Notes under the pieces: generated by a model
The model's database searches: none
The model's input: only the letters and a program-made list of their open reading frames with translations
Told to the model about the DNA's origin: nothing
Made by a program: the position numbers and the translations under genes
Part shown: one piece after another, positions 50,748 to 60,054 of the stretch
How the letters are laid out: each line of letters opens with the position of its first letter
Position numbering within the stretch: position 1 is the first letter of the stretch
DNA from: an uncultured Chloroflexia bacterium
Lineage (GTDB): Bacteria; Chloroflexota; Limnocylindria; Limnocylindrales; CSP1-4
Assembly (NCBI GenBank): GCA_963752475.1
Contig: CAVVYR010000029.1
Location: 64,001-128,000, forward strand
DNA: 64,000 nucleotides
Reading direction: 5' to 3'

Positions 50748-51407
50748 ATGTCGTCCACCGCGACCTCGCCACCTGTCTCGCTGCCCGGCCCCTGGAAGGC
50801 CGTGGTCTTCGACATGGACGGGCTGTTGGTCCACACCGAGCGCCAGTGGCTGGCAGCCAAGCTCGAGCTCTGCCGCCGCCATGACCACGTCCTGAGCGAG
50901 GCTGACAAGGCAGCGGTCTTCGGCCTGGCCGATCTGGAGTCGGCCACGTACTTCGCGCACGTCTTCGGCCTGGACGGGGAGCACGTCGAGGACCTCCGGC
51001 AGGAGTACCTCGACATCGTGGGCGAGCTCATCGACTCGGGCGTGGAACTGACCGACGGCGCGGCCGAGCTCATCCATCGGCTGCGCACACAGGTGCCCAT
51101 CGGACTGGCCTCGAACACGCGCCGCTCGCTCGTGAACCGGGTCCTTGCGCAAACGCCGTTCGCCGGGTCGTTCGTGGCCATCACCACCGGTGACGAGGTG
51201 CCCCCGAAACCTGCGCCTGATGTGTACCTGACCGCCTGCGCGCGGATCGGTGCCGACCCGGCCAGGGCCGTCGCGGTCGAGGACTCGCCGACCGGCGTGA
51301 ATGCAGCCCATGCCGCGGGCCTCACATGCATCGGAGTACCCAGCGACCCCGACCATCCGCTGACCGAGGCCGACCATCAGGTGGCGGCGCTGACGGAGCT
51401 GCTCTAG
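50748..51407 (+). CDS. HAD-superfamily phosphatase (beta-PGM-like)
   Basis: FDMDGLL, ASN, KPAPDVY, VEDSPTG. Confidence 0.92.
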   Translation: MSSTATSPPVSLPGPWKAVVFDMDGLLVHTERQWLAAKLELCRRHDHVLSEADKAAVFGLADLESATYFAHVFGLDGEHVEDLRQEYLDIVGELIDSGVELTDGAAELIHRLRTQVPIGLASNTRRSLVNRVLAQTPFAGSFVAITTGDEVPPKPAPDVYLTACARIGADPARAVAVEDSPTGVNAAHAAGLTCIGVPSDPDHPLTEADHQVAALTELL

Positions 51408-51416
51408 GTCCGGGAC

Positions 51417-51824
51417 GTGACGGCTCAGCTCATCCGTGTCGCGATCATCGCGGTCGCGCTGCTGGTCACGGCGCTACTGGTCCCCGACATCGTCGTCGAG
51501 TGGTCCGAGGAGGCGGAGGGCATCGCCATCACGCTGCTCATCCTCGCGCTCGTCTTCGGGCTGGTCAACGGCTTCATCCGGCCCATCGCGCGGCTGGTCT
51601 CGATCCCGCTCAACATCGCCACGCTGGGGCTCTTCTCGGTCGTGCTCAACGCGGCGCTGCTGCTGCTCGTGGCCCTCGCTGTCGATGTCGTCTTCGGCCC
51701 GCTCATCGTCATCGGTGGCTTCCCGCCCGACCTGACCCTCGAAGCCATCGGCGCCGCGGCGGTAGGCTCGTTCATCATCAGCGCCATCAGCGCCGCACTC
51801 ACAGTCCTCATCCCGGACGCCTGA
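51417..51824 (+). CDS. YvlD/DUF360-like 4-TM membrane protein
   Basis: GLVNGFIRP..SIPLNIATLGLF..LNA motif. Confidence 0.82.
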   Translation: MTAQLIRVAIIAVALLVTALLVPDIVVEWSEEAEGIAITLLILALVFGLVNGFIRPIARLVSIPLNIATLGLFSVVLNAALLLLVALAVDVVFGPLIVIGGFPPDLTLEAIGAAAVGSFIISAISAALTVLIPDA

Positions 51825-51834
51825 GGAGGACCCG

Positions 51835-52257
51835 ATGACCCACCGCAAGGATCGCCAGCTCGTGACCTCCGGCTCACCCTACGAGTCGATGGTCGGCTTC
51901 AGCCGGGCCGTACGCGTGGAAGACCGCGTGATGGTCGCCGGCACCGCACCGGTCTGGCCAGACGGGCATGTCGACCCCGACCCGGAAGCACAGGCGCGCC
52001 GCTGCCTGGAGATCATGCTGGAGGCACTCCAGAAGGCCGGCGCCCGCCCGGCTGACGTCGTGCGTACCCGCAGCTTCATCACCGACGCCGTGATCCAGGA
52101 CGCCGTGGGCCGAGCGCACGGTTCGATCTTCGGCGAGATCCGTCCCGCCTCGACGATGGTGGTCGTGGCCGGGCTCGTCGACGACCGCTGGGTCGTGGAG
52201 ATGGAGGCAGAGGCCATCATCGGCTCCGCGGCCGACCCCTCGCCCGATGGCGGCTGA
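51835..52257 (+). CDS. RidA/YjgF family protein
   Basis: SGSPYESMVGFSRAVR, VVRTR, RPASTMV, VEMEAEA. Confidence 0.9.
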   Translation: MTHRKDRQLVTSGSPYESMVGFSRAVRVEDRVMVAGTAPVWPDGHVDPDPEAQARRCLEIMLEALQKAGARPADVVRTRSFITDAVIQDAVGRAHGSIFGEIRPASTMVVVAGLVDDRWVVEMEAEAIIGSAADPSPDGG

Positions 52258-52275
52258 GCCGCTAGCATTCTGCGC

Positions 52276-52866
52276 ATGACGCGGCGCATCATCGACCTTG
52301 CGACGCCCGAGCGCTTCGCCACCGGCACAGCCGGTGAAGCCGGCGAGCGCACGTTCTTCCTGCAGGCGGTGCAGGCCGGGCAGGTGACCACCGTGATGCT
52401 CGAGAAGGAGCAGGTGGCCGTCCTGGCCGATCGCGTGCTCGCGGTCATCGACGAGGTGGAGCGGCGCGGACTGGCTGCCGTCGACGCGGGGCCCGCCGGT
52501 GTCCTCGACGAGCGACCATTGGAGCAACCGCTCCACGAGGAGTTCCGCGTGGGCACCATGGTCATCGCCTGGGACGACGACGTCGACCAGCTGGTGGTGG
52601 AGGCACGCTCGATGACGTTCGACGCCGGCGCAGGCGACGTGGCCCTGCGTGACGACGATGAGCTCGAAGAGGATGACATCCCCGACGATGCGCCCATCGG
52701 GCCGGACGTCCTGCGCGTCCATCTCACGCCGATCATGGCCCAGCAGTTCGCCCGACGTGCCAATAGCGTCGTGGCCGGCGGGCAGCCGACCTGTCCGTAC
52801 TGTGGGGCCGTACTGGAACGCAGCGGACACTTCTGCGCCCGGCGGTTCGACGATCTCGTGCACTGA
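52276..52866 (+). CDS. DUF3090 family protein
   Basis: GEAGERTFFLQA, LEKEQV, EFRVG, C-terminal CPYCG..GHFC. Confidence 0.85.
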   Translation: MTRRIIDLATPERFATGTAGEAGERTFFLQAVQAGQVTTVMLEKEQVAVLADRVLAVIDEVERRGLAAVDAGPAGVLDERPLEQPLHEEFRVGTMVIAWDDDVDQLVVEARSMTFDAGAGDVALRDDDELEEDDIPDDAPIGPDVLRVHLTPIMAQQFARRANSVVAGGQPTCPYCGAVLERSGHFCARRFDDLVH

Positions 52867-52922
52867 GGGAGGGCGATACCGACGGATCGAGGAGGTCATC
52901 GAGCAACGTAGTGGAGTGGGTC

Positions 52923-54128
52923 ATGCACCGAACGTCCAGGGCCATCGCGGTCCTCATCGCCGTCGCGCTGATGGGGACGGCCTTGGCCGTGCCTGCAAGC
53001 GCCGCCAACAGCGACCTCAAGCTCACGCGCATCCTCGGCGGCTACTCCAAGCCAGTCCTCGTGACGCACTCACCCCGCGGCGGGCGCGAAATCTATGTCG
53101 TCGAGCAGACGGGCAAGATCCACCGAGCCACGTTCTCCGGCGGCAAATGGCGCAAGCTGGGCGTCTTCCTCGACCTGACGTCGAAGGTCAACGACCCTGG
53201 CAGCTCCGGTGCCGAACGAGGCCTGCTCGGTCTCGCCTTCCACCCGAACTACCGGAAGAACGGCCGCTTCTACGTCAACTACACGCGCCGCGGTGCCGGC
53301 AGCAAGAGCGGCGACACCGTCATCGCCGAGTTCCGTCGTGCCAGCGCGGCGAAGGCGAACCCCAGGTCGGGCCGCGTGCTGATGATCATCAACCAGCCCT
53401 ACTCCAACCACAACGGTGGCCACCTCGCGTTCGGGCCTGACGGCATGCTCTATATCGGCACCGGCGATGGCGGCAGCGCCGGCGACCCCGGGAACCGTAG
53501 CCAAAGGCTCTCGAATCGCCTGGGCAAGCTGCTGCGCATCGACCCCATCGACCCCGACGGTTCGGGGCCGCGCCGCTATCGCACCCCCTCGGGCAACCCG
53601 CGCATCGGCAAGGGTGGCCTCAACGACATCTGGGCCTGGGGCCTGCGCAACCCCTGGCGCTTCTCGTTCGATCGCGCCAACGGTGACCTCTGGATCGGCG
53701 ACGTCGGCCAGAGCGCGCGCGAGGAGATCGACCGGGCCAGGTCGAACCGCGCGGGCAAGGCCGCGGGCAAGGGTCGCAACTTCGGCTGGAACCGCTGCGA
53801 GGGCAAGCGACGCTATCCCAACACCGGAGCGGTCTGCGGCTTCGGGACGCGCCCGGTGTTCGACTACGCCCACGGTGCCGGCCGGTGCTCGGTCACCGGT
53901 GGCTACGTTCATCGGGGACCATCGGCCGCTTCCTGGCGCGGGCTCTACATCGGCGGCGACTACTGTGGTCGCCTCTTCGTGCTCGACGGCCGCGGCAAGG
54001 TCCGGCTGGCCAGGAACACGGATCGGCGCATCTCGTCCTTCGGCGAGGACGCCGCAGGCCGCATCTTCATGACGGACCTGGCGAACGGCAACGTCTACCT
54101 CGTCAGGATGACCGGCCCCCGTCCGTAG
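52923..54128 (+). CDS. Secreted PQQ-dependent sugar dehydrogenase family (GSDH beta-propeller)
   Basis: ERGLLGLAFHP, NHNGG, FGPDGMLYIGTGDGG, GLRNPWRFSFD, DVGQ, SVTGG, SSFGED. Confidence 0.9.
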   Translation: MHRTSRAIAVLIAVALMGTALAVPASAANSDLKLTRILGGYSKPVLVTHSPRGGREIYVVEQTGKIHRATFSGGKWRKLGVFLDLTSKVNDPGSSGAERGLLGLAFHPNYRKNGRFYVNYTRRGAGSKSGDTVIAEFRRASAAKANPRSGRVLMIINQPYSNHNGGHLAFGPDGMLYIGTGDGGSAGDPGNRSQRLSNRLGKLLRIDPIDPDGSGPRRYRTPSGNPRIGKGGLNDIWAWGLRNPWRFSFDRANGDLWIGDVGQSAREEIDRARSNRAGKAAGKGRNFGWNRCEGKRRYPNTGAVCGFGTRPVFDYAHGAGRCSVTGGYVHRGPSAASWRGLYIGGDYCGRLFVLDGRGKVRLARNTDRRISSFGEDAAGRIFMTDLANGNVYLVRMTGPRP

Positions 54129-54167
54129 CTGGATAGCATCGACGTGATGCTATTCGCGTCCGGTCGT

Positions 54168-54187
54168 TATTGCGAAGACTTGCGATA
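54168..54187. promoter_or_regulatory. Candidate Fur-family autoregulatory box
   Basis: Imperfect inverted repeat TATTGCGA-N4-TTGCGATA upstream of the TATGAT -10 of the Fur gene. Confidence 0.4.
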
Positions 54188-54223
54188 GGTGCGTCGCGGG
54201 CCGAAGGGACTATGATTCTGGCG

Positions 54224-54688
54224 ATGGCCAACGAGACCTATGCGCACGCACCCCAGGTCACCTGGGACGAGGTCCGAGAGCGCCTCCACGAACGTGGGTT
54301 GCGCTGGACGCCCCAGCGTCGACTGCTGGTGGACGCGCTAGCCGGGACGGACGGTCACATCACCGGCGCCGAGCTCGTCGAGCGCTGCCGAGAGCAGGAC
54401 CCGGAGGTGACGCCCTCGACGGTCTATCGCACGCTCGATGTGCTCGAGGACATCGGCCTGATCCGGCACGCACACGGACTCGATGGCCGCGAAGAGTTCC
54501 ACGTCCGGCCCGCTCGAGAGCACGGGCATCTCCACTGCTCCGTCTGTCACCGCGCCTGGGAGATCGGCGCTGAGGACGTGGCCGATCTCGGCGCCGACCT
54601 CGAGTCGACACGTGGCTTCCGCATGGACCTTGGTCATCTCAGCATCGTCGGCGTCTGCGCCGACTGCCAGGAGGCCTCGGAGATCTAG
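54224..54688 (+). CDS. Fur family metalloregulator
   Basis: GLRWTPQR, STVYRTL, HGHLHCSVC, GVCADC. Confidence 0.92.
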   Translation: MANETYAHAPQVTWDEVRERLHERGLRWTPQRRLLVDALAGTDGHITGAELVERCREQDPEVTPSTVYRTLDVLEDIGLIRHAHGLDGREEFHVRPAREHGHLHCSVCHRAWEIGAEDVADLGADLESTRGFRMDLGHLSIVGVCADCQEASEI

Positions 54689-54691
54689 CCT

Positions 54692-56263
54692 CTAGAAGCC
54701 GACGGCGAGGTCCCGGATGTCACCGAGGAGGATGTCGAGGTCGGCCTCGGTAGCGGTGTGGTTGAGGATCCCGGCGCGCAGCCACGTCCGGCCTCGCAGG
54801 CGCGTGGTCGTGAGGAACGACCGTCCGCTCAGCTGCAGGGCCGACTGCAGCGCGTCCTGGTGGACGTCGAGCGCGTCACGGCCGGCGGCGTCGTCCGCGG
54901 TCAGGCCCGCGGGCAGGTGGCGGAAGCACACGACCGAGAGGTTCGACTCCTCGGCCAGCTCGAAGTCGGCGGCCTCTCGTAGCCTGGCCTTGAGCGCTTC
55001 GGCCAGGTCGACGGTCTTCTCGACGAGCACCCCCAACCCCGGCGTCCCCAGGTGCTTCCACGACATCCACAGCTTGAGGGCCCGCTGGCGCCGCGTACCC
55101 TCGATGCTCAGGCGGTAGAAGTCGAGCTCGTCCGAGTGCGCGTCGGGCGCTCGCGAGGGGTCGCCCGAGCCACGGTAGTACTCCGGCCGATACGAGAACA
55201 CCTGCTCCAACAGCGACCCGTCGCGGATGAGCATGCCGCCGATGTCGTAGGCCTGGAAGAACCACTTCTGGGGGTCGATGGTGATGGAGTCCGCACGATC
55301 GAGGCCATCCAGCACAGGCGCGAGGCGCGCGGACAGCTTGGCCGCCCCGCCGTAGGCCGCGTCGACGTGGAACCAGAGCTCCTCGCGCTCGGCCAGGTCG
55401 GCAAGATCGGGCAGGACATCGACCGCGCCGGTGTTGGTGGTACCGGCCGTGGCCACGATAGCGAACGGCGTCAGGCCGACCGCACGGTCACGCTCGATAG
55501 CCTCCGCCACGGGTGCGGCCTGTAGGCGCAGCAACTCGTCGGCCGCCACCTTCACCAGGGTGCCCTCGGGGAACCCCAGCGTGTCGAGGCTGCGCTTGAT
55601 GGAGAAGTGCGCCTGATCACTGACGTAGATGCGGGCGTCAGCCAGATCGGCCCCGCGAGGCGGCCCGTCGAGCCCTTTGACACGCCGCAGGTGGACATCG
55701 CGCGCCACGATCATCGACATGATGTTGGCCATCACCCCGCCGGAGGTGAAGAGCCCGAACGAGCCCTCGCCATAGCCCACGAGATCGCACAGCCAGCGCA
55801 CGACCTCCTCCTCCACGAAGGTGGCCGAAGGACTGCAATGCCAGACATCGACGCCCTGGTGCACGACCTGGCTGAAGAGCTCGCCGGTGATCGAGGCCCA
55901 CAGTGGGATGGGTGTGAAGTAGGCGTAGGCTCGCGGATGCCAGGCGTTGGCCTGATGCGGGGCGAGGCGAGAGCGGAACTCCTCGATCAGCTCGGCCGAG
56001 GTGGACGGCTCGACGGGGGCGGCAGCCGGCACACCGGACGGCCCGAAGAAGACCTTGCGCAGCTCCTCGTAGTCACCGGGCTCACCGATGGCCCGCTCCA
56101 TGCCGTGGTCGTAGACGTAGTCGAGCACGGCCGACCAGGCCCCCTCCCCCAGCGCCTCGAGCGCCGGGCGCGAGGCGTCCTCGTCACGGATGTCCAGTAG
56201 CTCGGGCTCGGGATGCCAACCCTCGCCGGTCCGACCGGTCAGTCGGCCGTCAGCCCCTGCCAT
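54692..56263 (-). CDS. Group II PLP-dependent (aromatic amino acid-type) decarboxylase
   Basis: TSGG..AN, AHFS, TAGTTNTGAVD, HVDAAYGG, DSITIDPQKW. Confidence 0.9.
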   Translation of the reverse strand: MAGADGRLTGRTGEGWHPEPELLDIRDEDASRPALEALGEGAWSAVLDYVYDHGMERAIGEPGDYEELRKVFFGPSGVPAAAPVEPSTSAELIEEFRSRLAPHQANAWHPRAYAYFTPIPLWASITGELFSQVVHQGVDVWHCSPSATFVEEEVVRWLCDLVGYGEGSFGLFTSGGVMANIMSMIVARDVHLRRVKGLDGPPRGADLADARIYVSDQAHFSIKRSLDTLGFPEGTLVKVAADELLRLQAAPVAEAIERDRAVGLTPFAIVATAGTTNTGAVDVLPDLADLAEREELWFHVDAAYGGAAKLSARLAPVLDGLDRADSITIDPQKWFFQAYDIGGMLIRDGSLLEQVFSYRPEYYRGSGDPSRAPDAHSDELDFYRLSIEGTRRQRALKLWMSWKHLGTPGLGVLVEKTVDLAEALKARLREAADFELAEESNLSVVCFRHLPAGLTADDAAGRDALDVHQDALQSALQLSGRSFLTTTRLRGRTWLRAGILNHTATEADLDILLGDIRDLAVGF

Positions 56264-56265
56264 CG

Positions 56266-57826
56266 CTACTCGATCACGCCGGCGCGTTCGACGAACCAGT
56301 CCACGACGGTCTCGACGAAGCCGTCGATGAACTCGGGCTCGAGCTGGCCGTACTCGGCGAACGCGCCGGTCACGGCCTCCTGGAAGAGGTGGTTGGCGTC
56401 GTCGAAGGTCATCGTCGTGACGTCCTCGTTGCCGGCCGCTTCGAGCGTCTCGCGCAGGGCCGTCTCGTTCGACTCGGCGACGACCTGCACGTCCTTGCCG
56501 CCGAAGATGCCCAGCACGGGCACGTCGACCTGCGCCCAGTCGGCGGTGGGGTCGTAGCCCAGGAACGAGCGGTACCAGTCAGACGCGTAGATCGGCATCT
56601 CCAAGTCGACCCGAGCCCGTGCGAAGTCGCTACGCTCTCCGGCGAGCTCCCGCTCCTCGGGCGTCAGCTCGTCCCACAGGCGCCCGTAGAACTCGAGCGA
56701 GATCCGCTCGACCTCCTCGAAGTCCTCCTCCAGCACCTTGGGCATGACCTGCGCGGTGTACTCCCCGACGGCCTCCACCTGTTCCTCGGGACTGCCTGCC
56801 GGAACGCGCGTCATGGCGATGTTCTGCTCGACGATGAGTTCGATGCCGTCGATGACCGCGGGCGCCATCATGCCGATGTACGCGACGCGCGGGTCGGACG
56901 CTCCGAGCATGGCCGCGTAGAGCCCACCCTCGCTGTGGCCGAAGAGCCCGATGCGCTCCGGATCCACGTCGTCGCGGGTCTCGACGAAGTCGATGGCGGC
57001 ACGGGCGTCCTCCGCCAGCTCCCCGACGGTGGCCGCGTTGTAGTCACCGGTCGAGCCGCCGACACCGCGATCGTCGTAGCGCAGCACGCCCACGCCGGCA
57101 CTCGTGAGTGCGTCGGCGATGACCGCGAACGGCTCCAGCAGCGTGATGGGCTTGAGCGACTCGTTGCGATCCTGCGGGCCGGAGCCGGTCATCGTGATGA
57201 CCACCGGGTGCGGGCCGGGTGCGTCGGGCAGCGTGAGCGTGCCGGCCAGCTCGACACCTTCGGAGCCGCCGGGGAAGGTCACTTCCTCGACGTGGTAGGC
57301 GAGACCTGAGGGATCGGGTGTGGGCTCGGGCGCAAGCGGCGCGAAGGCGTCGATAGCGGGCTTGAGCGCCTGCTCGCGCAGGGCGTCGTACTCGTCGGGA
57401 GCTCGACTGCATCAGCACCAGGTTGGTGCTGCCGTCCTCCTCCGCCAGGGCCAGTCCGAAGGCCAGCGTCATCTCGCCGAGCTCCACGGTGAACTCGTAG
57501 ACCGTCCAGTCGTAGAGGTCGGTGTCGTACTCGAACGACGGCGCCGGAGGTTCCGTGAGCGCGAGCGACGGCAGGAGGCTTGGCCAGAGCTGTTCGATGC
57601 TTGCTGCCGCCGACTGGATGGCCATGCCCACGCGGTCCTCCGGGCCCAGACTGCGCGCGTACTGGCCGCCGCCCACGTCCTGCCACTCGCTAGGTACCAC
57701 GGAGGTGATGCCGAAGAGCGGATCCTCGATGGTGCGGTAGTCGTCATCCTGTGCGGCGACCGCGGCCACGCTGACGAGGATGAGCGCGAGCGAGATGAAG
57801 ATGGCCAGGGTTCGACGCATGATCAC
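56266..57826 (-). CDS. Secreted alpha/beta hydrolase (+1 frameshift near 57405)
   Basis: Signal peptide in ORF 57044-57826 joins LAGTLTLP, GSGPQDR, YDDRGVG, GHSEGG, GGKDVQV, NHLF in ORF 56266-57282. Confidence 0.8.
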
Positions 57827-57909
57827 GACTGCAGGACTCCTTCAAAGTGTGGGGTGTTCTGGGCGAGCGGCTTGCAGCCGCTGTAGTGGTTGCTGATCAG
57901 GCCCGCGGA

Positions 57910-58254
57910 TCATTCGGAGGACTGGGGAGAACGATAGGCGATGACCTCGACGTGCTCGAGCGTGATGAGGCCACCGTCGACCATGGCGTCGATCTCCGGC
58001 AACACCGAGCGGAGGCGATCCTCGCGGTCGACGACCTCGATGAGGATGGGCAGGTCTTCGGACAGGCGCAGGATATGGGCGGTATGGACGCGTGCGGCCC
58101 GGCCGTAGCCCTCGATACCTCGCAGCACGGTTGCGCCGGCGACACCGGACGCGCGCAGCTTCTGCACGATGGCCTCGTACAGTGGTTTCCCTTCCCAGCG
58201 GTCGGACTCGCCGATGTAGATACGCGCCAGCAGTGCGGGTCCGTCGATCTTCAT
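57910..58254 (-). CDS. DUF190 (PII-like) protein
   Basis: RIYIGESD, GATVLRGIEGYG, LSEDLPILIEVVD; typical partner of crcB. Confidence 0.9.
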   Translation of the reverse strand: MKIDGPALLARIYIGESDRWEGKPLYEAIVQKLRASGVAGATVLRGIEGYGRAARVHTAHILRLSEDLPILIEVVDREDRLRSVLPEIDAMVDGGLITLEHVEVIAYRSPQSSE

Positions 58255-58625
58255 GGCAGCAGCCTCCCGACAGCGAGCCCGGCCACGACGGCGATCATGC
58301 CGATGGCGACCGAGCCCACGAGATTGAAGAGCATGTGGGCGATGTCACCCTCCTCCACCAGGGTCCACGACTCCAGCATCAACGTGGAGAAGGTGGTGTA
58401 CGAGCCGATGAATCCCACCATCAGCGGCACCCGGATCTCGGGCGAGAGGACGGCCCGATCCATGGCCAGGGCGAAGACGAGTCCGAGTGCGAACGAGCCC
58501 GAGATGTTGACCGCGAACGTGCCCCACGGAAAGCGTCCACCGGCGAGATCCTGCACCCAGCCCTGCACGAGATACCGCGAGACGGCACCGAACGCGCCGC
58601 CGACGGCGAGGAAGAGCAGGGTCAT
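58251..58625 (-). CDS. crcB: Fluoride channel Fluc/CrcB
   Basis: GGAFGAVSRY, FPWGTFAVN, GFIGSYTTFST. Confidence 0.95.
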   Translation of the reverse strand: MTLLFLAVGGAFGAVSRYLVQGWVQDLAGGRFPWGTFAVNISGSFALGLVFALAMDRAVLSPEIRVPLMVGFIGSYTTFSTLMLESWTLVEEGDIAHMLFNLVGSVAIGMIAVVAGLAVGRLLP

Positions 58626-58707
58626 ATCCGTATCGTCGCACGAGCGGGGCAGAGCTTGACGTGCCGACGGTCATCGAGTCGTTACCCGTCGGGCGTAGGC
58701 TTGCGCC

Positions 58708-59124
58708 ATGACCGACGAGAAGACCCCCGACCGACTGCCGACCACCGAGGACGGGTGGCGCCAACACCTCACGCCCGACCAGTACCGGATCCTCCGCGAG
58801 AAAGGCACCGAACGAGCCTTCACCGGCGAGTACGTCGACGAGAAGCGCTCGGGCACGTACCGCTGCGCGGGTTGCGGCGCGGAGCTCTTCGCGTCGGACA
58901 CCAAGTACGACTCTGGCTCCGGCTGGCCCAGCTTCTGGCAGCCGGCAGCCGAAGGTGCCATCGCCTTCGAGTCGGACTCGTCCTTCGGGATGGTCCGCAC
59001 CGAGGCCATGTGCGCCAAGTGCGGCGGCCACCTGGGCCACGTCTTCGACGATGGCCCCAACCCCACCGGTCAGCGCTACTGCATCAACTCCGTCTCGATC
59101 GAGCTCGACCCCGACGAGGACTAG
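58708..59124 (+). CDS. msrB: Methionine-R-sulfoxide reductase
   Basis: [30 protein letters not shown]; two CxxC motifs. Confidence 0.97.
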   Translation: MTDEKTPDRLPTTEDGWRQHLTPDQYRILREKGTERAFTGEYVDEKRSGTYRCAGCGAELFASDTKYDSGSGWPSFWQPAAEGAIAFESDSSFGMVRTEAMCAKCGGHLGHVFDDGPNPTGQRYCINSVSIELDPDED

Positions 59125-59128
59125 CCGC

Positions 59129-59776
59129 CTAGTCCTCGTGGTAGATCTCGGTGGCGGTGAGGTTGCGGCCGTCGGGCCCGGTGAAGGTGGTGATGACGTC
59201 CCTGAAAGCCTCGCCCCAGCGGGCGGCCACGTCGGTGGCATTGATGCGATCGATGACCGTCTCGAAGTCGGGGTAGTAGCGGCCCACGTAGACCACGTGA
59301 GGACCGCGTCGGAAGCCGGTGTAGTCGCGATAGCCGGCCTCGGCGATGGCCTCGATCATCTCGGGCCAGGGATCGGCGTGGAGGTTGTCGTAGTACGTCG
59401 CCGAGCGTGGGTCGATGACGAGACTGAAGCAGCCCCGCTCCCAGGGGCCATCGGGCTCAGGGGCGTCGGTGTGGAAGACCTCGTCGTACCAGATGAGGCC
59501 GCCCTTGGGTGCCTCGACCTCAGCGATGATGTCGCGGAACTGCTTGCCCCACTTGCGGTTCGCCTGCCCGCGGGCATAGTCCCGAAAGGCCGTCTTGCGG
59601 TCGGGCTCGCAGCGGGCGTACCACCACACGTCGGTGCCACGCCGATAGCCGGTCACATCATGGAGACCGGCCTCGCGCATCTCGGCCGCGACCTCATCAG
59701 GGGTCTCAGCGTGGATCCGGTCGTACCGCTCCTCTGTGCCGGGGAAGAGTCGGACGTAGTAGAGGCTTCGTTCCAT
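59129..59776 (-). CDS. Tandem-domain L-rhamnose mutarotase-like protein
   Basis: Two repeats: EERYDRIHAE..TGYRRG..NRKW and YYDNLHADPWPEM..TGFRRG..ARW. Confidence 0.75.
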   Translation of the reverse strand: MERSLYYVRLFPGTEERYDRIHAETPDEVAAEMREAGLHDVTGYRRGTDVWWYARCEPDRKTAFRDYARGQANRKWGKQFRDIIAEVEAPKGGLIWYDEVFHTDAPEPDGPWERGCFSLVIDPRSATYYDNLHADPWPEMIEAIAEAGYRDYTGFRRGPHVVYVGRYYPDFETVIDRINATDVAARWGEAFRDVITTFTGPDGRNLTATEIYHED

Positions 59777-60003
59777 CGTGCCCTCATCGTATCCGGTAGC
59801 GCGACCGAGGTTCGGCTGCCGCGTGTAGCGGCAGCAAGGCCGATCGAACGCCGAGGAAGCAGGCTCTGCCCGGCAGGGTCTGCCCAGCAGGGCCGCCTTG
59901 CGCCTGGAGCAAGAGTCGGGCTGGAGTCCCGAACGACGACGCGGAGCACGATAGGGCGGGCGCCGCCGAGACACCCAAGGCGGGCGCCGCCGGACACGAG
60001 AAA

Positions 60004-60029
60004 GCGGGCGCCGGTGGTCCGGCGCCCGC
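60004..60029 (-). terminator. Intrinsic terminator of hppA
   Basis: GCGGGCGCCGG-4 nt-CCGGCGCCCGC followed by TTTCT on the minus strand. Confidence 0.7.
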
Positions 60030-60054
60030 ATTGGGTGCGAAGTGAGATCGGCGT

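Noticed and set aside
51417-51824. Prophage, from the 'phage holin family' label
   Set aside because: YvlD-like proteins are common chromosomal genes, and no phage genes flank this one.
58626-58707. Fluoride riboswitch upstream of crcB
   Set aside because: A CCGACGG/CCGTCGG hairpin exists, but I could not find the GGCGATGG..TTCGCC core; the spacer is short and shared with the msrB promoter.
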